From Naegleria gruberi (lineage: Eukaryota): 64,000 nucleotides of DNA. The notes beneath the pieces were generated by a model, which was not told the DNA's origin, made no database searches, and worked only from the letters and a program-made list of their open reading frames with translations. This document shows, in pieces, positions 1 through 9,542 of the stretch. The DNA lies in assembly GCA_000004985.1 (NCBI GenBank), contig GG738851.1; one strand, 5' to 3'. Within the stretch, counting starts at the first letter, position 1; each line of letters starts with the position of its first letter. Made by a program: the position numbers and the translations under genes.

Positions 1-2
1 CC

Positions 3-257
3 GAAGATAGAATTCCAACAAAAACAGAATGGACAAGATCTAAACCAATTGATTTATCTAAAAGATTACCATTATTTGATATTGATACTTCAAATATTAT
101 AAGTGGAACAAGACATCGTAATAATATTGATTATCATCATGCAAATTTAAATGGTAAACAAATTTCAGTGAAAAGATCTTCGAAAAATTCAATTGAAAAG
201 AGAGCTAAACAATCAACCACCACAAATAAGAAGATTACCAAATCGAAAAAGATGTAA
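3..257 (+). CDS. 3' terminal fragment of an unidentified protein-coding gene (partial; enters the window in frame 3, ends ...KITKSKKM then TAA)
   Basis: Open frame from window edge to TAA at 255-257 (EDRIPTKTEWTRSKPIDLSKRLPLFDIDTSNIISGTRHRNNIDYHHANLNGKQISVKRSSKNSIEKRAKQSTTTNKKITKSKKM). It is absent from the ORF track because it has no start codon inside the window. Composition is protein-like but I recognise no domain. Confidence 0.35.
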   Translation, partial: EDRIPTKTEWTRSKPIDLSKRLPLFDIDTSNIISGTRHRNNIDYHHANLNGKQISVKRSSKNSIEKRAKQSTTTNKKITKSKKM

Positions 258-632
258 AATTGCAACTTGTAAATAATTCAGTAAATTGTAAATAATTGTA
301 AATAAAACAACTTTGAAATATAGATGAAGTTTCAATTTAGAATTGATCAGAATATGAGAAACCAAAATTTGTATCCTGCAATTCAACATGACAAATGTTC
401 AATAAATATGAGGTTAATCAACCTTTTCAATTTCTTCAAACAAAACCTGAACCAACAAGATTCTGTCTTCGTTGCCTTCACTGTTCATACAGTCAAAGAC
501 TGTAGCGGGATTGTCGTCATATTCCTGACAGGCTTCCCGTCTATTAAACTAAAAAGAATATTCACAAATTAATAATCGTTGTTTTTATTTTGTTGCCAAA
601 GGAATATTTAACAGATTGTTGAGAAAGTCAAA

Positions 633-1744
633 TTAATTTAATTTGAACATTCCTTGAATTTCCTTTGCAGAGTAAGCTCCTTCTAATATCTTCTTCTCCT
701 CTTCAGTCAATTTAATTTCCAATGCTTGAACATTGAGCTCAACATTAATGGCCTTTGTTGCACCAATTACTGGACTTACAACTCCAGGTTTGGAAAGTAA
801 CCAAGCAAGTGCAATTTGAGCTGGAGAAACGTTTCTCTTCTTGGCAATTTCAGAAACTTTTCTCAAAGTTTCCTTATCACCTTCAGTCAAATTGCCCTTA
901 AATATGGTTTGAACAATGTCAGTATTTTGTCTCTTGGAATTATTTTCATTAGTTTCAATTGCCTTCTCCTCAGCATTGACAAATTCATGAGCACGAGCTA
1001 ACATTCCATTAGAAAGAGGTCCCCAAGGTGTGAGTGAAACACCTTGATCAACACACAATGGATTCATTTCTCTCTCCTCTTCTCTATAGATGAGATTATA
1101 CAGATTTTGCATGGAAATAAATTTAGTCAATCCCTTCTTCTCAGCATAATGTTGAGCTTTGGCAAATTGCCAAGCAAACATAGTAGAGGCACCAATGTAT
1201 CTGACCTTTCCAGATTTAACCAAATCATGGAGAGCTTCCATGGTTTCTTCAATTGGTGTTTGTTCATCCCAACGATGGATAATGTACAAATCAATGTCTA
1301 TTTAAATTTTTCATTTCAAATCACAAGAAGAAAGTAAAACTTACAATCAAGACCTAATCTTTGTAATGAATCCTCAACTGCATGCATAATGTGCTTTCTG
1401 GAGAGACCCATAGTATTTGGTTTACCTTGATTACTATTCATAATGAGTTTTTGTTCACCAGAATGATCCAATGGTCCACAAACTTTGGTAGCAACCACAA
1501 TTTCCTCTCTTGAAATGTTGAATTCCTTAATGAACTTGCCTAAAATTCTTTCACTTTCTCCATTGCTGTAAATATTGGCAGTATCGAAAAAGTTAATACC
1601 CAAATCCCATGCCTTCTTCAATATTCTCAATGATTCCTCTTCTTCCAAAACCCAAGGAATCCACTTGGAAGATCCAAAACTCATGCAACCCAAGCAAAGT
1701 TGAGAAACCTTTAAACCACTTTCACCCAAATTGACGTATTTCAT
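633..1744 (-). CDS. Aldo-keto reductase (YakC / Kv-beta-like AKR), 2 exons: complement(join(633..1298,1345..1744)); 46-nt intron 1299..1344 (GTAAGT...AATAG)
   Basis: Exon 1 starts at ATG 1744 (MKYVNLGESGLKVSQLCLGCMSFG, a typical AKR N-terminus). The splice joins ...LQRLGLD + Y + IDLYIIHRWD, recreating the AKR signature LGLDYIDLYxIHWP. Exon 2 continues through ...NPLCVDQGVSLTPWGPL to the stop at 633. The ORF-track start at 1795 is a TTG artefact. Confidence 0.85.
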
Positions 1745-2448
1745 ATTGTATTGATTGCGATTGAAAACTGTTAGTGCAGATAGAATTAAATTCAAAAACT
1801 AGTTGTGAATTTGTTTTTTTGTGTTTGGAATTAGAGTTTTGTTTCAAAGCCATGAAATTTAAACCTAAAATTTATACTTTTAATTCTGCGCGCATGATTC
1901 AAGTTGATTTGTGCTCATATTTAAACGAGCAGAATTATGATCATTAGTGAAAGAGGAGGTGGAACAACAACCATTGATAGGATCCTAATCGCAATTTAGA
2001 TTGAAGAATGTTATGAGTTAAAGATAGAGGGAAAAAGACTCCTTATATTTACTGGATGGAATTGTTTCAAATTTTTCATTCCGTCCTTATATTCATATTG
2101 GTATCCATTGAGACTAATAGTAAACCTCATATAATTTAAACCTTCCTTTGAAATATTTGCATCGTGTATGTTCTTGTTGGCCAATAAAATTGTTTTTGTG
2201 TTCCTAATTTTTAGCTAGACCAATTCAAGCTACTTAGGAGTTTACTGTAATTTCAATACTTGAAGCATTATTAAAATATAATTTTTCAGAATAGATAGCA
2301 CCCAATATTTACCAACTATTGTAAAAGTATCATATCTTCTGACCTTAAAACATCGATGTATCTTTACACTCCATATTTACAAAGCTAATTCAAAAAACAA
2401 TTCAAATATTCACAATCGTTTCTTTATAGACTTACGGCAAATGCACAT

Positions 2449-2730
2449 TTACAAATAAGAATATAATATCATGAATTGATATTTGGTGTCATTCTTAATC
2501 ATGGCAATCTGAATTGGACTTCCTGCAAATTCCTCTCGTCCATGTTCACCTGAGAAGATAAGGAAAACATTGAATTCAGCACTATTCTTCAACATGTTGG
2601 CACGTTCTTCATGGAAGCATACAGACATGTACAATTTTTCACCTTGAAGAAGACCAAGAATGGAAGGAAGCTCATACTCTGAGTACTTGTAACCACCTGA
2701 TCTAGAGTTGACAGGGTGATTGAGGGTCAA
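2449..2730 (-). other. Short orphan ORF or gene fragment abutting the 5S rRNA gene (possible truncated gene or pseudogene)
   Basis: 93-codon open frame with a TTG pseudo-start. The in-frame stop lies immediately upstream; the first ATG leaves only about 59 aa (MSVCFHEERANMLKNSAEF...). No splice acceptor is evident and no room remains for upstream exons, because the 5S gene begins 34 nt away. A weak GGY-x-x-x-E resemblance to LOG-family proteins is not convincing. Confidence 0.25.
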
Positions 2731-2763
2731 ATCGTTTTATATTTCGCAAATTAAGGTATTGAA

Positions 2764-2882
2764 TGGCTACGGCCATATCACGATGAATGCACCTCATCCC
2801 GTCCGATTTGAGAAGTTAAGCACCGTAGAGCCACATCAGTACTGAGGTTGGAGACAACTTGGGAACCTGTGGTGCTGTAGTC
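2764..2882 (+). rRNA. 5S ribosomal RNA gene
   Basis: TGGCTACGGCCATATCACGATGAATGCACCTCATCCCGTCCGATTTGAGAAGTTAAGCACCGTAGAGCCACATCAGTACTGAGGTTGGAGACAACTTGGGAACCTGTGGTGCTGTAGTC matches the eukaryotic 5S consensus almost position by position (GTTAAGC loop C, AGTACT, GGGA, terminal helix GGCTAC/GTAGTC). A T5 terminator follows immediately. Confidence 0.85.
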
Positions 2883-2887
2883 TTTTT
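2883..2887 (+). terminator. RNA polymerase III terminator (T5 run) for the 5S gene
   Basis: TTTTT directly after the 5S 3' helix. Confidence 0.5.
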
Positions 2888-3052
2888 ATTTATCCTTAGC
2901 TGTTGAATTAAAAAGGATTCGTTGATTATTACTTTTTAATATTAAATATCAGTTTGATTATTACTCTGAAACAAGTAATCAAATTTCAATAATTCACTAT
3001 TCACAGTTTAATTTATTTACAATAATTGAGAGAGTTTACGATATTATGCTAT

Positions 3053-3511
3053 TTAGCCTCCTCTCAATCTCAATACTAAATGCACAGTTGAATCCTTTTG
3101 AAGATTGTAATCACCAATGGTTCTTCCATCTTCCAATTGCTTACCGGCATAAATCAATCGTTGTTGATCTGAAGGAATTCCTTCCTTATCAAATATCTTT
3201 TGTTTCATATTCTCAACAGTGTCGTTTGATTCCATTTCGATAGTAATTGTCTTTCCAGTTAAGGTTTTTACAAAGAGTTGCATTCCTCCTCTTAATCTCA
3301 ACACCAAATGAAGTGTTGAATCTTTTTGAATGTTGTAGTCATTAATAGTTCTGCCATCTTCCAATTGTTTACCTGCAAAGATGAGTCTTTGTTGATCTGG
3401 TGAAATTCCTTCCTTATCTTGTACCTTTCTTTTCACATTTTCAATTGAATCATTGGATTCAACCTCCAAAGTGATAGTTCTTCCAGTGAGTGTCTTGACA
3501 AATAATTGCAT
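3053..3511 (-). CDS. Tandem di-ubiquitin-like protein (two 76-aa ubiquitin-fold repeats, each ending LRLRGG; single exon, ATG at 3511)
   Basis: The ORF encodes [76 protein letters not shown] + [76 protein letters not shown] then stop. The ubiquitin fold is clear, but by my alignment repeat 1 differs from canonical ubiquitin at about 11 positions and repeat 2 at about 16. The two repeats also differ from each other. Confidence 0.85.
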   Translation of the reverse strand: MQLFVKTLTGRTITLEVESNDSIENVKRKVQDKEGISPDQQRLIFAGKQLEDGRTINDYNIQKDSTLHLVLRLRGGMQLFVKTLTGKTITIEMESNDTVENMKQKIFDKEGIPSDQQRLIYAGKQLEDGRTIGDYNLQKDSTVHLVLRLRGG

Positions 3512-3599
3512 TATGTTTGTTGTCTTTGTTTTTGCTTATTGTTTTTCTTGAATCCAAAGCTTCTTTGCTTTTTAAGCTTGTTTTGAGAAGTGTATTTTT

Positions 3600-3884
3600 A
3601 GAAAGTTGTTCTTGATTAAGAATATCTTGTATGAACTGATTTTTGTTTCTGGACACAAACTTGGTTCTCAGTGAGTTTCTTCAAGAGTTCATACGGCTCA
3701 TTGATATTAAAGCAGTGCATGAGAATTTGATTATCTGGATTGACTTTCATATAGTAAGGATACCACATAAGTTTCAACCAAGTGTTGTTCCTCAGGTTCC
3801 ACACATTTAACAAGAACTTCATCCAAATCCAAGACAAGAGTCTTTTTGGATGGATCCTTGGCTGGAGGTAACATTAACTTATTC
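3600..3884 (-). CDS. NIF/FCP1-like (CTD small phosphatase / Dullard-type HAD) N-terminal exon; downstream structure unresolved (frameshift or degenerate; possible pseudogene)
   Basis: From ATG at 3884: MLPPAKDPSKKTLVLDLDEVLVKCVEPEEQHLVETYVV. KTLVLDLDExLV is the catalytic DxDx(T/V) motif of CTD-like phosphatases, followed by the VE.E.Q.H.V.YV segment seen in SCP/Psr1-type enzymes. The frame then hits a stop (…SLLYESQSR*). Continuation needs a +1 shift or an unconventional intron. The expected KRP…FTAS core is not recovered. Confidence 0.35.
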
Positions 3885-4357
3885 TCTTTTGAGCTATTAA
3901 ACGCATAATTATAAGAATTTCTGTGTTGCCCAATTTGTGAGCAAATATTAAGTACAGCAATGGATGGTGACTTTCTTGTTGCTCAAGTTTATTCTTCAAG
4001 GTGTGAATGTTTCGTTCTCCTGTTGGTGAAAGTGTTACAATAGGAAGGATTGTGGTTGTTTTGAGAATAAGTGTGGAGGATTTGTATATTCTCTTGATGA
4101 TGGTATTTCTTATAAGCATTTTGAATATTTCAATATTTTAAGGAGCACTTGTTGGATTAATAAACTGAAGAGAAATTTAAGGGAAAAAATTGATTGAATT
4201 TATGTTCTTGATTGGAATAAGATTGAGTTTCAATCAAAATTTTATTTCTTTAAAACAAACATTAATAAATAGATCATAAAATGAGCTCTAAACTTTATTG
4301 ATTTCCTTCTCGTCGTAGAACACTATGAGAAGTTGAAATGAATGAAAGAAATTAGAG

Positions 4358-4363
4358 AAAAAA
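4358..4363 (-). terminator. Pol III terminator (T6) downstream of tRNA-Asp
   Basis: The plus-strand AAAAAA at 4358-4363 is TTTTTT on the tRNA strand, 5 nt past the tRNA 3' end. Confidence 0.5.
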
Positions 4364-4368
4364 TTTAA

Positions 4369-4439
4369 CTCGAACGCCGGGAATTGAACCCGGGTCGCCA
4401 GAGTGACAGTCTGGAATGCTACCACTATACCACGCCCGA
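4369..4439 (-). tRNA. tRNA-Asp (anticodon GTC)
   Basis: Minus-strand sequence TCGGGCGTGGTATAGTGGTAGCATTCCAGACTGTCACTCTGGCGACCCGGGTTCAATTCCCGGCGTTCGA folds as a cloverleaf. The acceptor stem has 7 bp with G-U pairs, a D-arm GTATAGTGGTAG, anticodon stem CCAGA/TCTGG with loop CTGTCAC (GTC), and T-arm CCGGGTTCAATTCCCGG. It closely resembles eukaryotic tRNA-Asp. Confidence 0.9.
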
Positions 4440-4766
4440 TTACATCAATGATCTCTTAATTAGCCTTAATATTTAACAGAGTTTAGTTTGTCCTTAACTG
4501 TTCCATTAGTTGACTGTGTTTTATAAATAGAAAACCATAATATTAAGCGTATTTCAACAAAACTGAAGCTAAGTCTGGTGTAAAGGAGGTTAATATTTGA
4601 GGCATGTAGTGTAATTCTAACATCACGATCAGCTCATTTATCTGAAGTGTTGGTGGCGTAACTCCACCCATGCCTTTTTACCTCAGCTTAAATAAAAATT
4701 TTTTCCTAGAAGAGAATTAAGAGAAAAAACAACTTGCTCCACTTCTCAATTAAAGTTTTATGTAAT

Positions 4767-7378
4767 TTATTTGTCAATCAAGTTAATATCAGTGTCTGTG
4801 GAGAGTAAATGTTTACAACGTTTGGTTCCAACAATTCTTTCCAATTTCAAAGCGTCAAAAGTACTAAAGAGTGATAAAATTCTGCAAGATGGATATTGAG
4901 TACGAATATTGATGGCCTTCTTGGCAAATATTTCATAAATAAAAGCATTTTCTGGAAGTGAATAGTAAACAATTTGATTAATCTTGAAATCTGACAATTT
5001 TGGAGCATGATAATAAAAGTGACGTTCAGTATAAACTAAAAAGTTGGCACAATCTTGTCTAAATTTGGTGAGGACATTCTTTGTCTTTTCAGTATATTCT
5101 GAAATACCGTGGAATGGAATATTACACATATCAAAGAAATTTCTCAAACGAACAAAATCCAAATATGAAGAAACTACAATTAAAAATCTTCCATCAACAC
5201 TATTCTTAAATCTTGGGAAAACTGTATTCACAAAGTGATTGTAACGATCCTCATCAACTTGAGCTGGATCTTGAGTTGAAATTCTCTCAAAGATTTGTGG
5301 GATTTGTCCGAAAATAGATCCAATCACGCCATCATAGAGTGATCTAACCTTAACAACTCCTCTGAAATTTTTACAATACTTTGAAACGAGACCATTAATG
5401 TCTGGACTCATTTGACTGCTGAAAATAAGTGTTTGTCTAAAGTATTTGGATCTATTTTTCAATATTTAGAAATCTAGAATTTGATTTTCAAATTACTTAC
5501 AATCCTTGAATGTGATATTCTTTCAAAATGTCAAAATCGAGATCAAAGGTAAACTTTTGCTGTTCTTCAACATTCACCAAATCCATTGTCTTGGTAACGT
5601 GTTCCCAATTTTGCATGAGGAGTTTGTCACATTGATCAATAATACAAACTTCAATGGAAGATAAAAATCTTTCACTAAATCTTGTTAAAAGAACATGATT
5701 ATTAATGGTACTACTTACTATCTGTCTGAAATATTTTCCTGTTGAATACCAATTGGTGTGGCAATGATAATGTCAGCCTCTGAAACTGGAGCCATAATTT
5801 CCAATTGACCATGATGATCCTTCAATTTAACACCCAAACTGAATTCTTCATTGGTGTTACCTTCGAAAATCTTTTGCCACCAAAGTGGTTTAGACTTTTT
5901 CAGTTCTTCATCCTCTTCATCAGCATCAAAAGTCAATTCGAAAGCTTCCTTTCTTCTTGTGGAGAGAAGTTTTGGAATGAGTTCTGAAATCAATTCAACA
6001 ATCAAGAAGGCAACAAAACGATTTGGAACGAGAACCAAAATCTTTGAAGTGTTATAAGAATCATCCTTCACTGTATACTGCTCCTTACTGTAGAATTCTC
6101 TCTTTGTATCATTGTACCATTCATATCTCTTTGTTCTTTAGAATTATTGAAATATATTGTTAATAATAAATATTGAAAAACCTACTTTAACAAGTGATTC
6201 ACAATATGAAGAGTATAAGTTTCAACACAAACTCTATGATTATCGAGGGTGCAATTAGGGAAGTACAAATCTCTATAATCATTCATGATGGTAAATAATC
6301 TACCTTGGAAATCATCTCTGAAATGAGTCAATGGAGTAGTACTTTTTGGATTCGAATAGGTAGAACCAGATTTAATCTTTGAACGAAGGGAAGTCTTTGG
6401 AGTATAGAAACGTGAAGCATCATCTTCACCTTGAACTTCTTGAAGGTAATCTTTCCATTTTCTAATCAAATCATCTTCAACCAAGAGCTCATTCAATGTA
6501 TAGGATTTGTCTCTCTTGAGTTTTTCCATTATTGAAGTGGATCCAAGAGAAAGTGGTGTATCTTCATCTTTGAATTGGAATTTGACAGTCTCAGTTTCCG
6601 TGAGGAGTATATCATCCAATTTATCATTTTCCTTAATGTCTGCTGTGGTGATTACCTTCTTGACATGTTCTTCCTTTGTGAAACTCTTGTAGAGTTGATT
6701 GAGTTCATCTTCTGTTTTTGTTCCAATAAATTGAATGACATCTCCCAAAACCAAAGCTTTGTCACCATTTGGTGTATCATCAATAATGGTCTCAACAACC
6801 TTTGTTTCCGTTGATGTTTCAATAAATTCCTTCAATTCTTTTGATTCCCAAGGTCTATAGAAATGATGATACCAAACATCCTTAACTTTCTTATCAAAAT
6901 CAATGCATACACAAAGTTTTTGATAGGAATTATCACTCAAATCATTGGTACGATATTCAATAAATACTGGATTGCTTGTTTTAAAGTGATATTTTGGTAA
7001 ATTCAATTTGTAATCGTCAATATTGAGTTGTTGTGTGACTTTTGATGAAATATCCACTTTTAATTGGGTAGCAAATGGATCCATAATGAATTTGTTTCCT
7101 TTTGGTGTTGTGTCAATGTTTGAAAGAATTTTGTTTCTCAACTTGTCCATAATAGAGATGGATTCATATTTTGGTTTTTTAGTTTCATCATCTTCACTTC
7201 CGATGAGTTTTCTCTTCTTTTTACTGGCAAGAGATTTTAAATTTAAACCTTTAGATCCTTGAGATGTTGTTGATAATGTAGAGGTTGTTGTTGACTTTTT
7301 AGCTGGTTCATCCTCTTTTGATGTTGTTGTTGCAAAGGACACTTGCTTTTTCATTTTTTTTATTGAATTGTTCTTCAT
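4767..7378 (-). CDS. UTP25: UTP25 / digestive-organ expansion factor (DEF) homologue, nucleolar SSU-processome protein; 4 exons: complement(join(4767..5451,5501..5674,5719..6135,6186..7378))
   Basis: ATG at 7378. Exon 1 (398 aa) is K/S/T-rich and ends ...HIVNHLLK. The splice (GTAGGT…AAAG, 50 nt) gives LLKTKRYEW (UTP25 LNHxLKTR motif). Exon 2 contains ...ADIIIATPIGIQ. The second splice (GTAAGT…TTTAG, 44 nt) yields YERFLSSIEVCIIDQCDKLLMQNWEHV, the UTP25 hallmark DFLSSIEVxIxDQAD. The third intron (GTAAGT…AAATAG, 49 nt) leads to the C-terminal ...FLVYTERHFYYHAPK...VYYSLPENAFIYEI, matching the UTP25 C-terminal domain. Confidence 0.85.
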
Positions 7379-7488
7379 GGTATTTGTTGTTGTTCAATTA
7401 TTATTCACCACCATGATTAAATACTGTGTTAAAGCGCCATGCATGAAAAGCTAATAAACTTGCAAGTTACAAGAGAAAATTGTACAAT

Positions 7489-8229
7489 TTATTGTTCTTC
7501 AACAACGATACCACTGTCAATAACCTTGACTTCTTCAGCTGGCTTATCACCATAACCAGTTCTAACATTTTCAATCTTTCTAACAACATCCAAACCAGAG
7601 ACGACTTGTCCGAAAACAACGTGCTTACCATCCAACCATGGAGTTGGTCCCAAAGTAACAAAGAATTGAGAACCATTAGTGTCTGGACCAGCATTAGCCA
7701 TGGAGAGACATCCAATGAAGTGCTTAACCTTGAAGTTTTCATCAACAAATCTATCACCATAAATTGACTTTCCACCCATACCATTACCCATAGTGAAGTC
7801 TATCATGATATTAATCCAAGTCAATATTCAACAATAATTGAAAAGCATATGATTAATTCGGATCAACAAAGATGTTAAAGATATTAAAAACATACCACCA
7901 CCTTGAATGACAAAGTTAGTAATAACTCTGTGGAAAGTAGATCCCTTGTAACCGAATCCTGGAGTACCAGCAGTCAATTGCTTGAAGTTTTCAGCGGTCT
8001 AATCAAAAGATGATGATTCATCATATTTGTATAAATGTAAAATGTTGAAAATACAAACCTTTGGGACGGTCTTACCATACAAACCGAAAACAATTCTACC
8101 AGCTGGAATACCACCAATGGTGATATCAAAGTAGACTTTATCAGTAATTTCCTTGTCGTCAGCCTTGACCAAAGCGACCATCATCAAGACGATGGCGACA
8201 GCGGCAAAAGTAATAAAACGCTTATTCAT
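7489..8229 (-). CDS. Cyclophilin B-type peptidyl-prolyl cis-trans isomerase with N-terminal signal peptide; 3 exons: complement(join(7489..7799,7896..7998,8059..8229))
   Basis: ATG 8229: [23 protein letters not shown] (signal peptide) ...[26 protein letters not shown] | [34 protein letters not shown] | [67 protein letters not shown]… These are canonical cyclophilin motifs. Introns: 7999..8058 (GTTTGT…ATTAG) and 7800..7895 (GTATGT…GATAG). Confidence 0.9.
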
Positions 8230-8330
8230 TTTTTTATGTTTTGATTAATTAATATTTGATCGTACTCTCTACAGTTATTTACTGTATTGTTTGGCTTGAA
8301 ATACGTGTTTTAATCTTTGTAAAATTAATG

Positions 8331-8396
8331 TCAATTTGTCAATTAATTATTTCTTTAATATATATATCTGATATTAAAGAAATAATTAATTGACAC
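8331..8396. repeat. Near-perfect 60-66 bp palindrome (inverted repeat with about 28-bp arms) in the intergenic spacer
   Basis: TGTCAATTAATTATTTCTTTAATATATATATCTGATATTAAAGAAATAATTAATTGACA. Left arm and right arm are exact reverse complements around an ATATATATCTG centre. It lies between the 5' end of the cyclophilin gene and the 3' end of the next minus-strand gene. Confidence 0.7.
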
Positions 8397-8508
8397 CAAT
8401 AGATATTCAATTAAATAATAATAAAAAGACAAATAAATCCAAACTGAAGAGATTTGAAAATTGATGTTTAAATAAATAATAATTTACAAAATATTACTAG
8501 ATCAAAAA

Positions 8509-9240
8509 TTAGTGAGATTTCGCCTTTTCCAAAAGTTGATTAACCTTGTTCAGAATACCATCTTCTGCGAGAGCCGAACGATTAGAAACTGGGTCAATAA
8601 TATAAAAATTAAAACAGTGAGTGGCAGTATGTTCATATAAAGTAGTGGAAACACAAGGTTGCAAAAGTGTGACCCAGTTAAAACAAGTGACGCAACGATT
8701 AACAACAGTACGTCCAGTCTCGGAATCCTTCTTGAAAGATACAGGAATTTTAACAAGATCTACTTGAGCAGAGTGATCTTCTTCTCCTGGCTTGTATCCT
8801 GGCAAATTGCAAGGAAGCTTGAAGGCAATTAAATCTGATTGATTCAACAAAACTTCAAGCTTTTCAGCAAAAGATTGTCCTTCAACCAAACCGATCAAGT
8901 AGGCCTTTCCTCCATTAATACCAGGGGCCGAGTTTGTTGTCAATAAACCATTTCCATTAATTGAAACAAGTGATCCAATAAGAGGAGATGTTTCTAATTG
9001 TAATCCGTTTGTGTATGGTGTTGTTTTTGTTTCTCCACGAATAAAATCAATATTCAGAGCAATCAAATCTTGAAAGCTGTTGCTCTTCTTGTATTGTTCG
9101 AGAGTTTGTTCAGAGAGTGTGAGAGACATTTTTTTTAAATATTTTGTGAGCGCCAATTCTCCTTGGTGTGAGTGATGAATTTTCAGTGCCTTATCGGGTC
9201 CATTTGTGGAAATAGAAAAAACAATAACAAATGGATTCAC
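8509..9240 (-). CDS. Hypothetical conserved-looking protein with C-terminal CxxC…C…H-C motif; 5' end unresolved (frame stays open to about 9357 without an ATG, so an upstream exon or start is likely missing)
   Basis: Long protein-like ORF (…IDFIRGETKTTPYTNGLQLE…LPGYKPGEEDHSAQVDLVKIPVSFKKDSETGRTVVNRCVTCFNWVTLLQPCVSTTLYEHTATHCFNFYIIDPVS…). The displayed start is GTG. The first in-frame ATG is MSLTLSEQ…; the frame extends about 115 nt further upstream. Confidence 0.5.
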   Translation of the reverse strand: MNPFVIVFSISTNGPDKALKIHHSHQGELALTKYLKKMSLTLSEQTLEQYKKSNSFQDLIALNIDFIRGETKTTPYTNGLQLETSPLIGSLVSINGNGLLTTNSAPGINGGKAYLIGLVEGQSFAEKLEVLLNQSDLIAFKLPCNLPGYKPGEEDHSAQVDLVKIPVSFKKDSETGRTVVNRCVTCFNWVTLLQPCVSTTLYEHTATHCFNFYIIDPVSNRSALAEDGILNKVNQLLEKAKSH

Positions 9241-9542
9241 ACAACTTGGACTCTGAGTTATTAAGTCCTCTCTAATGATTGAAGTAATTGGATGAAGCTT
9301 ATTAGGAGAATCGTTGAAAATAATTGAATGAAGTTTAAAACAATTGAAGAAAGGCGTTTACAAACAAATTGAAGTTTGAATTAGTAAATTGACCATTTTG
9401 AAAATTGTACAATTAAATATGTGCCCCATGAGAAGAATTGGTTCAAATTAAAAAAATGCAATAGTTTAAAATCTTAAAGATTGGTTTTTAAACTAAACCA
9501 AAAAAACTCAATCAAAACTCTTATAAACATCTCTTTTAAACC

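Noticed and set aside
324-572. ORF-track CDS 324..572 (+), 82 aa, and an antisense open frame 414..556 (-) with a TTTTTAG acceptor-like 5' edge (…FNRREACQEYDDNPATVFDCMNSEGNEDRILLVQVLFEEIEKVD*).
   Set aside because: The plus ORF is low-complexity and not protein-like. The minus frame looks more protein-like but has no room for upstream exons, because the AKR gene ends 77 nt away on the same strand and there is no usable ATG. Most likely 3'-UTR sequence of the AKR gene and/or the partial gene at 3..257. It is left unannotated.
1800-2448. About 650-bp ORF-free spacer between the AKR start and the 2449..2730 ORF. Considered as a hiding place for a ncRNA or transposon remnant.
   Set aside because: No tRNA-like, snRNA-like or repeat structure was recognised by eye. 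Most likely a promoter/UTR spacer.
3459-3837. ORF-track CDSs 3459..3656 and 3616..3837 (-) as independent genes.
   Set aside because: 3459..3656 overlaps the di-ubiquitin start and 5' leader and is K/N-rich low complexity. 3616..3837 is the +1 frame continuation of the broken NIF-like gene. Both are treated as parts or artefacts of that locus rather than genes.
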